Shown: positions 40,034-49,241 of the stretch, one piece after another
Numbering within the stretch: position 1 is the stretch's first letter
Layout: every line of letters starts with the position of its first letter
Assembly (NCBI GenBank): GCA_965237675.1
Contig: OZ250150.1
Location: forward strand, 1,376,001 to 1,440,000
Length of the DNA stretch: 64,000 bases
From: Candidatus Latescibacterota bacterium
Lineage (GTDB): Bacteria; Latescibacterota; UBA2968; GCA-2709665
Reading direction: 5' to 3'
Notes under the pieces: generated by a model
What the model saw: only the letters and a program-made list of their open reading frames with translations
What the model was told of the DNA's origin: nothing
The model's database searches: none
Program-made: the position numbers and the translations under genes

Positions 40034-41782
40034 TTCCTGATTTTGCGATCTGGCACCTGCTTGCCGAAGCATCTCGGCGATTTCCATATGCCCACGTTTT
40101 TCAGCCCAGGCTAAAGGCGTTGCCCATTTCGGTGTGTTGGAAATATTCGCGGAAGCCCCACGTTCAAGCAAAAAAGCAACCACATCTTTGTGGCCCGCGC
40201 GGACATGCCAGCCCAGTGGCGTCGAACACAGTTCGTCATCTTGAACATTCAAATCAGCCATATAATCGAGCAACAATTCTGCCATCTCAATCATCACGGC
40301 TTCACTATTGTTCCATACTTCCTCACGTTCATGATAGCTTCCCCCGATCCAATGCAATAAGGTTGAGTTTTCCGGCCCCCGGATGTTAACATCAACACCA
40401 TAATCCAAAATCATCCGTACGGTTTCTCCGGCGCCGCTTTGCAGCCCCCAGCGTAAACACTCAAACCAATAATCCGCATCAAAATCGGGTTCACAGCGCA
40501 AGCACATTCTTACGACATTGACATCTTCAAAGCTCAATCCCGAACGCATGGTTTGTCGAACCACGCCTTCACTACGATCCTGTGGCAAATAGCCGGCTTC
40601 CCGAACAGCCGTGGCACGATCCAGTAACTCACCTATCACGCAATATTGTCTTGCCTTCACGTATGTCCACATCATCGGGTGCCCACCATTTACATAGATG
40701 CGATCCGCCAAACCCTGGTTGCCAGACAGCAACGCCTCGTCAGCTACGCCCAATTCCGAATCATTCGCGGGTGCATCCGTGCGCGCACCGCGATCCATTA
40801 ACCGTTCGGCCACATCAAAGTGTTTGCGTTCCAGTGCATAAATCAATGCACCGCAAATATGGACCACCTTACCACTGCGTTCACATTTTGTATCCACGTC
40901 GGCTCCAAAATCCAAGAGCAAATCTACGACCTCCAAATGCCCCTCGCGCGCCGCCATCGCCAGGGGATAGGTCGATGCATTTTTGTTATTCGCACGCCCG
41001 CACTGATAATTCACCAGACTGGCGTCCGCTTCCAGCATCTTCTTGACACCTTCCAGATCACCAAGAGCACTGGCTACCCAGATGTCGTAATTTGCCCCAT
41101 GTTCAAGCAACAATTCAGCCATCTTTCGATACGCCGGCTTATCACGGTTGGGGTCGTTGCCTTTAAATAGAGCGCGGTGGATGGGTAATTCATTTTCGGC
41201 GTTCTTGATATTCACATCAGCGCCAGCGGTGAGCAAGTCGGTCACAAGTTTAAACTGCATATGCCACACCGCATAATGAAGGGCTGTATTGCCGGCTGTA
41301 TCGCATTCGTTTATGATTGCCGGTTCCTTTTCCAATATGAAGCGCACTTTCTCAAGCTCCTGCATCCGGGCCGCATCACAGAATTCCACCCCACGAGATG
41401 TTGTCCCATGTTGTGTGTTCAACCACGCGTCAATTAAAGCGACGACCTCCGTATGCCCTCGGTCCCGTGCCAATGTCAACGGTTGCGACGCCTCCCGGTT
41501 AGGCCAAATCCCAACGGTCGGACCGGCGCCCGCTTCGAGCAGTATCTTCACTACCTCTGCATGACCTTCCCGAGCGGCATAGTGAATGGGGCGTCGTCTG
41601 TGTTGCTGATGGTTTTTGGCAGTTGCCAAATCCGGATTCTTCTTCAACAGCATCTTTACCCTTTCCACGTCTCCCGCTTGCGCAGCGTGGCATATTCTGA
41701 TAGCATCTGCAAACACATCGTCTCTTGAAGGGGCTTCATTTCTAAAAGTCTTCTTTGCCATTATTGGAAACCGTTCATTCAA
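40019..41782 (-). CDS. Ankyrin-repeat protein
   Basis: Many P(I/L)HxAAxxGHxEVVxxLLxxGA repeats. Confidence 0.9.
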   Translation of the reverse strand: MNERFPIMAKKTFRNEAPSRDDVFADAIRICHAAQAGDVERVKMLLKKNPDLATAKNHQQHRRRPIHYAAREGHAEVVKILLEAGAGPTVGIWPNREASQPLTLARDRGHTEVVALIDAWLNTQHGTTSRGVEFCDAARMQELEKVRFILEKEPAIINECDTAGNTALHYAVWHMQFKLVTDLLTAGADVNIKNAENELPIHRALFKGNDPNRDKPAYRKMAELLLEHGANYDIWVASALGDLEGVKKMLEADASLVNYQCGRANNKNASTYPLAMAAREGHLEVVDLLLDFGADVDTKCERSGKVVHICGALIYALERKHFDVAERLMDRGARTDAPANDSELGVADEALLSGNQGLADRIYVNGGHPMMWTYVKARQYCVIGELLDRATAVREAGYLPQDRSEGVVRQTMRSGLSFEDVNVVRMCLRCEPDFDADYWFECLRWGLQSGAGETVRMILDYGVDVNIRGPENSTLLHWIGGSYHEREEVWNNSEAVMIEMAELLLDYMADLNVQDDELCSTPLGWHVRAGHKDVVAFLLERGASANISNTPKWATPLAWAEKRGHMEIAEMLRQAGARSQNQERLSA

Positions 41783-42001
41783 ATGTCGGCGTGCTGAACG
41801 ACGCAGGCCGTATTGGCAAACCCAATCCGAAATCTCAACCTCGCAAACCTCTTACTACCAAAATTACGCCGATCGTCTCACATTGAAATAGGCAAGACAA
41901 AAGAGCCATGCAGATACTTTTCGAAAGGTCAATTGGAAGAGAAGAGGAGGGTGGGAAAAGGGATTTGGTTTGGGAGTTTCTTTAGGGGATGGCGGAAATT
42001 G

Positions 42002-42036
42002 CGTGTAACTACGGTATTACCGACAGGTTACGGTAA
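42002..42036 (-). mobile_element. attI-like site C upstream of the ankyrin gene
   Basis: CGTGTAAC-TACGGTATTACCGACAGGTTACGGTAA, near-identical to site A. Confidence 0.6.
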
Positions 42037-42065
42037 AACGCATCAGGTCCGAACATCTCCCAACG

Positions 42066-42175
42066 TTTGGAATGGTCAGAATGCGCACCCCTTCTGTCAT
42101 AATAATGTGCTTACCCTGGCGTGCAATGTGAAAACCGGCTTTCTCCAATGCACGTACGGAATCCAAACCTGCCAT
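42066..42175 (-). pseudogene. hicA: HicA toxin remnant
   Basis: Manual translation VRALEKAGFHIARQGKHIIMTEG / VRILTIP, frameshifted and truncated. Confidence 0.65.
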
Positions 42176-42254
42176 ATCGGACACCTCGTCTAGTTTTTCG
42201 GAGAGCGTCGCGCTAACAAATAACCACGGCAGTTCTCGGAAAACCGCTCGCCAG

Positions 42255-42440
42255 TGTTCTGTCCCGGAAATTGGTTGCCAAAATTCGGCCGATCAGAAGC
42301 AGCAATAACAGCTATCAGCTCTCAGCCGTCAGCTTGAACCAAAAACCCAATCAGTTGACATCAGCGCCGTGAAGAGACGAGACCAGAACGGGCGCCGCGA
42401 GACGGGATGAATCGGCGGCCGAATGGTGAGATATTTTCGG
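42255..42440. mobile_element. Partial MITE of the same family as 60307-60467, with nested heptamer repeats
   Basis: Shares TGTTCTGTCCCGGAAAT..GTTGCCAAAATTCGGCCG and GCCGCGAGACGGGATGAATCGGCGG; right TIR truncated. Confidence 0.7.
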
Positions 42441-43286
42441 CTAATTGGCCACGAAGTGCCGGTAGAGCGGTTTCACTTCCTCCGGAAGCCCCTCGTACAC
42501 GTCGCGGCGCAGGGGCTCCATCTCGTAGTTCTTCCCGCCGGTCTCCACCACCATCATTTCGTGCTCCGGCGTGCCTACGTGCGTCGGATTCAGGTTCAGC
42601 CACCAGGGAGCGTAGCGCACGATCAGGGCCACCCGGGGGCTGCCGCTCCGGTTGGGGGCAACCGCGTGCCACTGCCGGCTGTCGTAGAGCAGCACCGAAC
42701 CCGCCCTGCCCTCGGTGTTGATCTCGGCCGGCTGGGGTGCCTCGTTGTCGAAGCCGGGGAGGTCTCCCGTCGCCGGATTGTGGTCCTTCCGGTGCGTGCC
42801 CGGCAACAGCAGCGTCCCTCCGTTGGAGGCGGAGAAATCGGTCAGCATCCACAGCGACGACGCGTGCATCATCACGTCCGGGTAGGGGGCGGCGACATTG
42901 GAGGCGTTCGTCTGGTTGAACGGCCAGTCCGCGTGCCAGTAGCCGCGCTCGTTCCCCGGGTGGTTCACCACGGCGTCGGTGCAGGAGATCCGCAGCCAGG
43001 GACCGAAGAAGATCTCGAGGGCCCCGACGATCCGCCGGTCGGCCAGGTACGGCGCGAACGACTGGTCGTGGTTGACCGCCTGCTTGAGCACGCGGACGCC
43101 GCGGGCTCCGACGCGGTGGCCCCTGGCTCGAGTCGCCCTTTCCCTGGCCTGGTTGGCGGCGTCGTTGGCGGCGTGCGCCCGCACGACGCGCTCGCGGATC
43201 CTGCCCACTTCCCCTGAGGGGATGACGTCCTCGACGATGCAGTAGCCGTTTTCCCTGATATGGTGCGCTATTTCAGCTGGTTCCAT
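42441..43286 (-). CDS. Phytanoyl-CoA dioxygenase (PhyH) family protein
   Basis: ENGYCIV, WHADW, NGGTLLLPGTH, WHAVAPN. Confidence 0.9.
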   Translation of the reverse strand: MEPAEIAHHIRENGYCIVEDVIPSGEVGRIRERVVRAHAANDAANQARERATRARGHRVGARGVRVLKQAVNHDQSFAPYLADRRIVGALEIFFGPWLRISCTDAVVNHPGNERGYWHADWPFNQTNASNVAAPYPDVMMHASSLWMLTDFSASNGGTLLLPGTHRKDHNPATGDLPGFDNEAPQPAEINTEGRAGSVLLYDSRQWHAVAPNRSGSPRVALIVRYAPWWLNLNPTHVGTPEHEMMVVETGGKNYEMEPLRRDVYEGLPEEVKPLYRHFVAN

Positions 43287-43433
43287 GTCGTTGTCCTTTG
43301 CCCAGGTGCCGGTTCGGTTGTCCGGACCGGAAGGAATGGCAGGGAGCATTTCCCTGGCAAGGTGGATGGTCCAGGGTGACCGTCATCGGTACTTCCCGGA
43401 TCGCCTTGGTCCACCTGCATATGTACTAATGTA

Positions 43434-44504
43434 CTAACCGTAGACCGCCTGTATCATGGCATTGATGTAGCCGAAGCAGTACGCGTAGGACTGATAGGAG
43501 CGCATCGGATCGTCGTCAGTCCACGGAACGTGGTCCGGATCGATGCCGTAACAGTAGCCCGTGTCCTTCAGGGCCCTTAATACCCGGTGGAAGTCCATAT
43601 CTCCTTCATCGGGCAGCGCCTCGCGGAAGCTGTAGCGCCCCCCAAGGAGGTTACGATAGTGAACCAGGAAGATCGTGTTACGGCTGCCAAAGTATTCGAT
43701 GGTGGGGTAGATTTCAGTGGCCGGATCTTCCAGCCCTTCAGCGATGGAGCCGACGCAGAAGTTCCAACCGTGATACGGACTGCGCTGAATCTCGATGAAA
43801 CGCTTCATGCCCTCAAAGTCGTTGAGGACTTTGTCAACGCCCATATAACCGGGGGGTGTGGCAGGGTCTTCCTGGGAATTGCCCATCCGAACCTTGAATT
43901 CTTCTGCCACCGGAATCATGCGTTCGAGCAGATAATCAATTCGTTCCCAGTGCATGTCGGCCGTGACGCGTCCGGCATCAGTCAGCCTGGCCTGTTCTTC
44001 TGCCGGGATCTTGTCCAGGCGGAACGCGGTGTGGTAGAAGCCGCCGCGACCTTCCTCCGGTTCCGTACGGTCGATGGGAAGGACGCAAGTGTTATAGCGC
44101 AGAGAATCGATGCCGGCGCGCGCAGCGGTCCGGATCATTTCGCATACGAGGTCGATTTCCCGGTCGCGCTCCGGGCTTTTGCCGAAATAGATGATGTTGG
44201 GAAATCTCTCGTATATGGGCAGCGAGCTCATATCCAGTGTTATCCCGAAGGCCTCGTGGCGCTCTCGTACCTGGACCAGTTCCTCATGGTCCCAGCCCCT
44301 TCCGGGGTGGAACGGAAAGACAACGGCCTTGTGACGCACGCCGCAGCGCTGCAGAAAACGCAACTCCGCATCGGTTGACCCGAAACTCTGTGTGCGCACG
44401 TACATACGCCCGCCGTTCGACGATGACTGTGATGCGCCTCCGGTGGCGGAAGCGGCCGCCTCACCGGCTGCGAGGCCTTTTTCAAATGGATCGGATTTCG
44501 TCAT
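43434..44504 (-). CDS. uxuA: Mannonate dehydratase (UxuA-like)
   Basis: IPVAEEFKVRM..EDP, NFCVG, FREALPDEGDMD, PDHVP. Confidence 0.75.
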   Translation of the reverse strand: MTKSDPFEKGLAAGEAAASATGGASQSSSNGGRMYVRTQSFGSTDAELRFLQRCGVRHKAVVFPFHPGRGWDHEELVQVRERHEAFGITLDMSSLPIYERFPNIIYFGKSPERDREIDLVCEMIRTAARAGIDSLRYNTCVLPIDRTEPEEGRGGFYHTAFRLDKIPAEEQARLTDAGRVTADMHWERIDYLLERMIPVAEEFKVRMGNSQEDPATPPGYMGVDKVLNDFEGMKRFIEIQRSPYHGWNFCVGSIAEGLEDPATEIYPTIEYFGSRNTIFLVHYRNLLGGRYSFREALPDEGDMDFHRVLRALKDTGYCYGIDPDHVPWTDDDPMRSYQSYAYCFGYINAMIQAVYG

Positions 44505-44544
44505 TTGGTTCCTTTCGTTGGTACGGCGCCGATGAAGGAATACA

Positions 44545-44607
44545 GAAAAAAAAGCCCGGAAGCTGGATGAGCCGCCTCCGAAACCCTTTCGTTACACTGG
44601 ACGTCAT
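44545..44607 (-). pseudogene. N-terminal remnant of a ParE/RelE-like toxin
   Basis: MTSSVTKGFRRRLIQLP starts overlapping the antitoxin stop (ATGA), then similarity is lost. Confidence 0.45.
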
Positions 44608-44843
44608 TGCCGAGATGGATCAGCTGGAAAAACATCATCAAATGCAATCGTTTCGCTCTCAGCAGTCTCTCTTCTTGCTGCTTCGGCCAGACGGTCCCAC
44701 TGCTCATCGGCTGTGGCATTAAAACGTGCTGTCCAAATATGCTCATCTTTCAGGTCGGCCAGAATACGTGTGGCAATGGCATCCTGCTTGTCTGGCGGCA
44801 GCTTCTGAATTTCTGAAAATGCCTGCTGAAGCAAGTCGGTCAT
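44604..44843 (-). CDS. Small putative antitoxin
   Basis: MTDLLQQAFSEIQKLP..KQDAIA..IL..L.DE..W pattern of small TA partners. Confidence 0.6.
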   Translation of the reverse strand: MTDLLQQAFSEIQKLPPDKQDAIATRILADLKDEHIWTARFNATADEQWDRLAEAARRETAESETIAFDDVFPADPSRQ

Positions 44844-44994
44844 TTCTGCAGCTCCTTGTGTGAGTGCGCAGTTTTCTGAAAATATAACTCCAAATGGCGA
44901 TATTGGTTGGATTGACTTCTGCTCATTCGCTCTTTCGATTGCTCACTTATTTACGGGGGACCGCTGTCTCATTAATATAGGCACAGAGGGTCCC

Positions 44995-45339
44995 TCATTT
45001 CAGTGCATCCGTCTCCAAGACATCGGCGAGTGTTTCAGTCGCCCACTGATTGATACTCTTTCCGCTGACTTCAGCCGCCATGGCAATGGCTGCGTGGACC
45101 TCTGGTGGGATGCGCAACATCAGATTGCCGGAATAGGGCTTTTGAGGGGACCTGTTGAGCTTTTCACAGGTTTCAAGATAGTCGTCAACCGATTCTCCAA
45201 AAGCATCACGCAGTTCTTCGACCGATTCGCCGTGAAAGCCTACCACATCATTGATCCCTGCAATATGACCAATGAAGCAGCCGTCTTCATGGCTATAGTC
45301 AATTCGAGCCGCGTATCCTCTATGGGTCATTGTGTTCAT
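44995..45339 (-). CDS. hicB: HicB-family antitoxin with RHH domain (orphan)
   Basis: MNTMTHRGY.A.I.YS..D..F.G...FHGESV.EL...KPYSG.LMLRIPPEVH; only a HicA-like tail (QAGVAP*) upstream. Confidence 0.85.
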   Translation of the reverse strand: MNTMTHRGYAARIDYSHEDGCFIGHIAGINDVVGFHGESVEELRDAFGESVDDYLETCEKLNRSPQKPYSGNLMLRIPPEVHAAIAMAAEVSGKSINQWATETLADVLETDALK

Positions 45340-45564
45340 GGGGCTACTCCTGCCTGTTGTCTGCAGATCGCTCTCGCTGTCTTGCCCATTGTGTCTCTGC
45401 GTCTTTGTGTGAGCCGGCTTTTTCGTGACGACGCGAGGCCCGGGGGTCTCCCCTGCGAAATCCAGGCATCCGCGAATTGATATCGCAAGGCCATATCGAT
45501 GTCCGGCGGGGTGCGGCGTGGTCCTCTTCCCTCTCCCGTTTACCTTCTCACTGCTTCTTGTGCT

Positions 45565-45795
45565 ACCCCTACGCGCCTTTTTCGTGTCGGCCGAGAAGGT
45601 GCTGGGCGATGAATCGCTGGCTGTAGACGACGGGACCCACGTATCGGACCTGGACGGAGTTGTTCCGCGACCCGCAATGCCAGATCTGGTTGTGGAACAT
45701 GTAGACGTCGCCCGGTTTCGCGACCAGGGATACCGGCTGCCGGCCTTCAAAGGTCGGAATCTTGCGGTCGTTCGGGTTTCTGCCGGCGTAGTGGC
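45565..45795 (-). pseudogene. Diverged duplicate of the 3' end of the PhyH gene at 47095-47919
   Basis: Aligns to ~47097-47396 with an internal deletion between GAGGCGCTG direct repeats. Confidence 0.85.
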
Positions 45796-45822
45796 AACTG
45801 AGTGTTATGGTAAGCTGGACTA

Positions 45823-45996
45823 TCAGCCCGTGCTCGTGTCTATTGATGGTTCCTTATGATCATCCGGTTTTTGTCCCGATCTTTCTTCAATATACTCAAT
45901 TTGTTGTTGAGGAGTCATCCCTTGCATCTCTTCGCTCATTTGATCACGAAGAGTCCGCATGAGTTGAACCGCATTAGTCTGCTGTTTCGTCTTCAT
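45823..45996 (-). CDS. Small antitoxin-like protein (57 aa) after an internally deleted PIN remnant (~45975-46140)
   Basis: MKTKQQTNAVQLMRTLRDQMSEEMQGMTPQQQIEYI; upstream fragments LSDVTLAELRQAP and LEIRSPQEV; R''-like CCATAAC follows. Confidence 0.6.
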   Translation of the reverse strand: MKTKQQTNAVQLMRTLRDQMSEEMQGMTPQQQIEYIEERSGQKPDDHKEPSIDTSTG

Positions 45997-46142
45997 AATA
46001 CACCTCCTGAGGAGAGCGAATCTCCAAGGGGTGGGTGTCTTAAAAGGGCTTGCACGGCATCCGGGGCCTGGCGCAGTTCAGCAAGGGTAACGTCCGATAG
46101 TACGGCTGTCAATCGACCCGCTTGAAAGTCGGCAAAAAGACG

Positions 46143-46218
46143 TCCAGAATGTGGTCGCAGCCCCGAAAGGCGCGAAGCGCCTGGAGCACAAACATGCTGT
46201 TAAGCGAAGTCACAGTCT
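46143..46218 (-). mobile_element. attC-like site 6 (degenerate left arm)
   Basis: AGGCGCGAAGCGCCT hairpin; GTTAAGCGAAGTCACAGTCT matches the reverse complement of 46954-46973. Confidence 0.7.
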
Positions 46219-46334
46219 TGGGCGGTTGAGCTGCTTTTCATATTCGACTTGAACTATTCGGCAAATTACTGTAGTTTTTTTCAATCAATGAATAATTCTG
46301 ACAGTGGCTGGTGTTTGCCATAGGAGATTTATGG

Positions 46335-46619
46335 ATGCTTAAAATCTCGTCTGCAAAAGCATTACCTGATTATAAGATTTGGATTCAATACTCAGATGGC
46401 GTTGAGGGTGAAGTAGATTTATCCCATCTTGTTGGCAATGGTGTATTCTCCGCTTGGAAAGATGCAAATGTGTTTCAGGCTTTCCGGGTTGAAAACGGCA
46501 GATCTATTACTTGGACAGACGAAATCGATCTGTGTGCAGATTCGCTCTATTTGGAGATGACAGGAAAAGCTCCCGAGGATATTTTCCCTGCGTTGAGGAT
46601 GGAAGATGTGAATGCCTGA
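46335..46619 (+). CDS. DUF2442 family protein (putative TA partner)
   Basis: YSDGVEGEVDL...ITW..EIDLCADSLY. Confidence 0.8.
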   Translation: MLKISSAKALPDYKIWIQYSDGVEGEVDLSHLVGNGVFSAWKDANVFQAFRVENGRSITWTDEIDLCADSLYLEMTGKAPEDIFPALRMEDVNA

Positions 46620-46872
46620 GATATGTCGGTTTTATGGAATTATTATCAAGATGTACGTGAATGATCATCCACCCCCGCATTTCCATGCGGAATACGCAGA
46701 ATATGCGGCTGTGATCAATATTGGGACATTGGCCGTCATCGCAGGAAATCTCCCTTCACGGGCGCTGGGTTTGACAGTCGAATGGGCATCGTTACACCAA
46801 GACGAAATGAGAAATCTATGGGAGCGAGCACGAAATCATGAATCCTTGGGCAAATTAGATCCTCTGCAATAG
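46612..46872 (+). CDS. DUF4160 family protein (putative TA partner)
   Basis: MPEICRFYGIIIKMY..DHPPPHFHA. Confidence 0.85.
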   Translation: MPEICRFYGIIIKMYVNDHPPPHFHAEYAEYAAVINIGTLAVIAGNLPSRALGLTVEWASLHQDEMRNLWERARNHESLGKLDPLQ

Positions 46873-46966
46873 AGATCCGATCATAACCCGGTACTTCTAC
46901 CGCAATGACCAAAGCTAAAGCTTCCGGTTGTTGCGGTTTTTGTCTGGGGGGGTAGACTGTGATTTT

Positions 46967-47010
46967 GCTTAACTACGGTATTAACGAACAGGTACGGCAA
47001 TACGGACCGG
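46967..47010 (-). mobile_element. attI-like site D
   Basis: GCTTAAC-TACGGTATTAACGAACAGGTACGGCAATACGG. Confidence 0.6.
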
Positions 47011-47094
47011 AACGGAAATTCCCGATCAGTCGGCATGTTGAATTACGCCGACCAGTGAAAGCGTTGGCAGGAGCCCGGGCGACTCAAAGTGCGC

Positions 47095-47919
47095 TTAACC
47101 GTACGCGCCCTTTTCGTGTCGGCCCAGGAGGCGCTGAAGGCGGGGTCTGGCGTCTTCCCAGACGTGGTCGGGCATGCGGTAGTCGATGAACGGATAGAGG
47201 CGCTGGGCGATCATCCGCTGGCTGTAGACAATGGAACCCACGTACCGGACCTGGTCGGAGTTGTTTCGGGACCCGCGGTGCCAGACCTGGTTGTGGAACA
47301 TGTAGACATCGCCCGGTTTCGCGACAAGGGACACCGGCTCTCGGCCTTCGAAGGTCGGATTTTCGCGGTCGTTCGGGTTTCTGCCGGCGAAGTGGCTGCC
47401 CGGAATGACCTGGGTGACGCCGTATTCGATGGAATCGGCCCTGCTGAGCGGGATCATCACGTTGATCACGAAACAGGGGATGGGGATATCCGGATTGTGG
47501 CGCGGGACGCCATCGGGAAGCGGGAACTGGATCTTATCGTCCAGGTGCCACCCGCCGCCCTGGCCGGGTTCGTAACGCAGGGCGTTCTGAGACATCATGT
47601 GGCAATCTTCGCCCAGGATGGCCTCCGCCAGGCTGACGATGGGCTCGCGTTCGATAAGGTCCCGGTAGTTGCGGTCATACTCGTACATGCGCATCATGCT
47701 GATTCCGCGGATGTGATCGCCCGCTTCGTCCGCCTGAATCCGGGGGTCGTTCCACTTGCGTTCCATGCCGTCCCTGAGCGCGTCCACTTCCTCGGGGGTG
47801 AGCACGTTTTCCAGGAAACAATAGCCGTCCCGGTTGAACTGTTCCACGATCTTCCGGGTGGTTTCTTCGTCGAGGGCCTGCGCGTTTTTTTCGATAACGC
47901 TGCTGTCTCGGGTATGCAT
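47095..47919 (-). CDS. PhyH family dioxygenase
   Basis: FNRDGYCFL, WHLDD, IPGSH, WHRG. Confidence 0.9.
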   Translation of the reverse strand: MHTRDSSVIEKNAQALDEETTRKIVEQFNRDGYCFLENVLTPEEVDALRDGMERKWNDPRIQADEAGDHIRGISMMRMYEYDRNYRDLIEREPIVSLAEAILGEDCHMMSQNALRYEPGQGGGWHLDDKIQFPLPDGVPRHNPDIPIPCFVINVMIPLSRADSIEYGVTQVIPGSHFAGRNPNDRENPTFEGREPVSLVAKPGDVYMFHNQVWHRGSRNNSDQVRYVGSIVYSQRMIAQRLYPFIDYRMPDHVWEDARPRLQRLLGRHEKGAYG

Positions 47920-48141
47920 CGGGATCTCCTCAATTGTGTGGTCTGGCAAAAAATATAGGGATCTGCCGGTGAGGAGACAATTGATTTGAAGGGAGGCGCA
48001 CAACGCCATTTTTCTTTGACTTCCGGGGGAAACTGTGCCATCATGCCATCGTTGCCGCCCGTCGCGGGGTCGGAGTGCTGAATGAACGGCATTCGCCGTA
48101 GATCCGCGACGCTTGCGTCCACATTCTATATGGAGGAATCC

Positions 48142-49191
48142 ATGGCTGTAACTATCCAGGATTTACAGGCCGCTATCGAACGGTTTCCACGTACGGCCCT
48201 GGCGGAACTCCCCACGCCGCTCCACGATTGTCCGCGTTTCTCGGAAGCGTTGGGAGGTCAGGTGCGGGTGATGGTGAAGCGAGATGATTTGACAGGTCTG
48301 GCATTCGGAGGGAACAAGACCCGAAAGTTCGATCTCGCCCTGGGAGACGCGCTGGCGCAGGGGGCTACGGCCGTGGTGACGGGCGCGGCCTCCCAGTCGA
48401 ACCACGCGCGGCAGGCGGCTGCTGGGGCCGCGAAGCTGGGGATGAAGTGCGTGCTGGTGAACCGGCACGATCATCGAAGCCTGATGGGCATCCAGGGAAA
48501 CCAACTCCTTGACAATATTCTTGGCGCGGACGTCAGGCTGGTCGCCGATGGCGTAAACCAGGAAGAGGTGAAGAACAGGGTATTGGAAGAATTGCGGGCG
48601 CAGGGGGAGAAGCCCTATCTCATCGGGCGGCGGGCGGTGGTGCTGGGTACGGTGGCGTACGTCGGCTGCGTGCTGGAGATTGCCGCGCAACTCGAGGCCA
48701 TGGACGCACGGACGGATTTCATCTGTACGGCGTCCGGGCATGGAACGCACGCGGGGCTGGCATTGGGCGTGAAGGCGCTGGGACTGCCGGTTCGAGCGCA
48801 GGGATTTTCGCCGAGCAGGGGAGATGACGCGCGGCGGAAGGAGCAACTTGCGGAAGTCGCCAACGAAGCGGCGGCGCTCATGGAACTGGATGTTCGAATG
48901 ACGGCTGGTGAAATGGAGAATACGGATGCCTACGTGGGCGAAAACTACGGAATTGTGACCGAAGCCGGCCTCGACGCGTTGCACCTTCTGGCGCGGACGG
49001 AGGGGATTCTGCTGGATCCCGTATATACGGGCAAGGCCATGTCCGGGGTCATCGACCGGATTCGGTCGGGGGAGATTCCGGAGGGATCCACAGCGGTGTA
49101 TGTGCATACCGGAGGAAACCCGGCGCTGTTCGCCTATGCACCCGAACTCATTGCCCACGGCGATTATCGCCAGAACATCGTAAGTCGGTAA
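48142..49191 (+). CDS. D-cysteine desulfhydrase / ACC deaminase family PLP enzyme
   Basis: KRDDLTGLAFGGNKTRK, QSNHAR, LDPVYTGKA, HTGG. Confidence 0.9.
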   Translation: MAVTIQDLQAAIERFPRTALAELPTPLHDCPRFSEALGGQVRVMVKRDDLTGLAFGGNKTRKFDLALGDALAQGATAVVTGAASQSNHARQAAAGAAKLGMKCVLVNRHDHRSLMGIQGNQLLDNILGADVRLVADGVNQEEVKNRVLEELRAQGEKPYLIGRRAVVLGTVAYVGCVLEIAAQLEAMDARTDFICTASGHGTHAGLALGVKALGLPVRAQGFSPSRGDDARRKEQLAEVANEAAALMELDVRMTAGEMENTDAYVGENYGIVTEAGLDALHLLARTEGILLDPVYTGKAMSGVIDRIRSGEIPEGSTAVYVHTGGNPALFAYAPELIAHGDYRQNIVSR

Positions 49192-49241
49192 GACGCCTGT
49201 CAGATGGCAGGCGGCGGCCTCTCGCCTTAAGGAGGATTGAG

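Noticed and set aside
44995-45859. 251-aa and 144-aa ORFs as real genes
   Set aside because: Read-through of the PhyH duplicate and intergenic DNA; only the HicB part (44995-45339) is supported.
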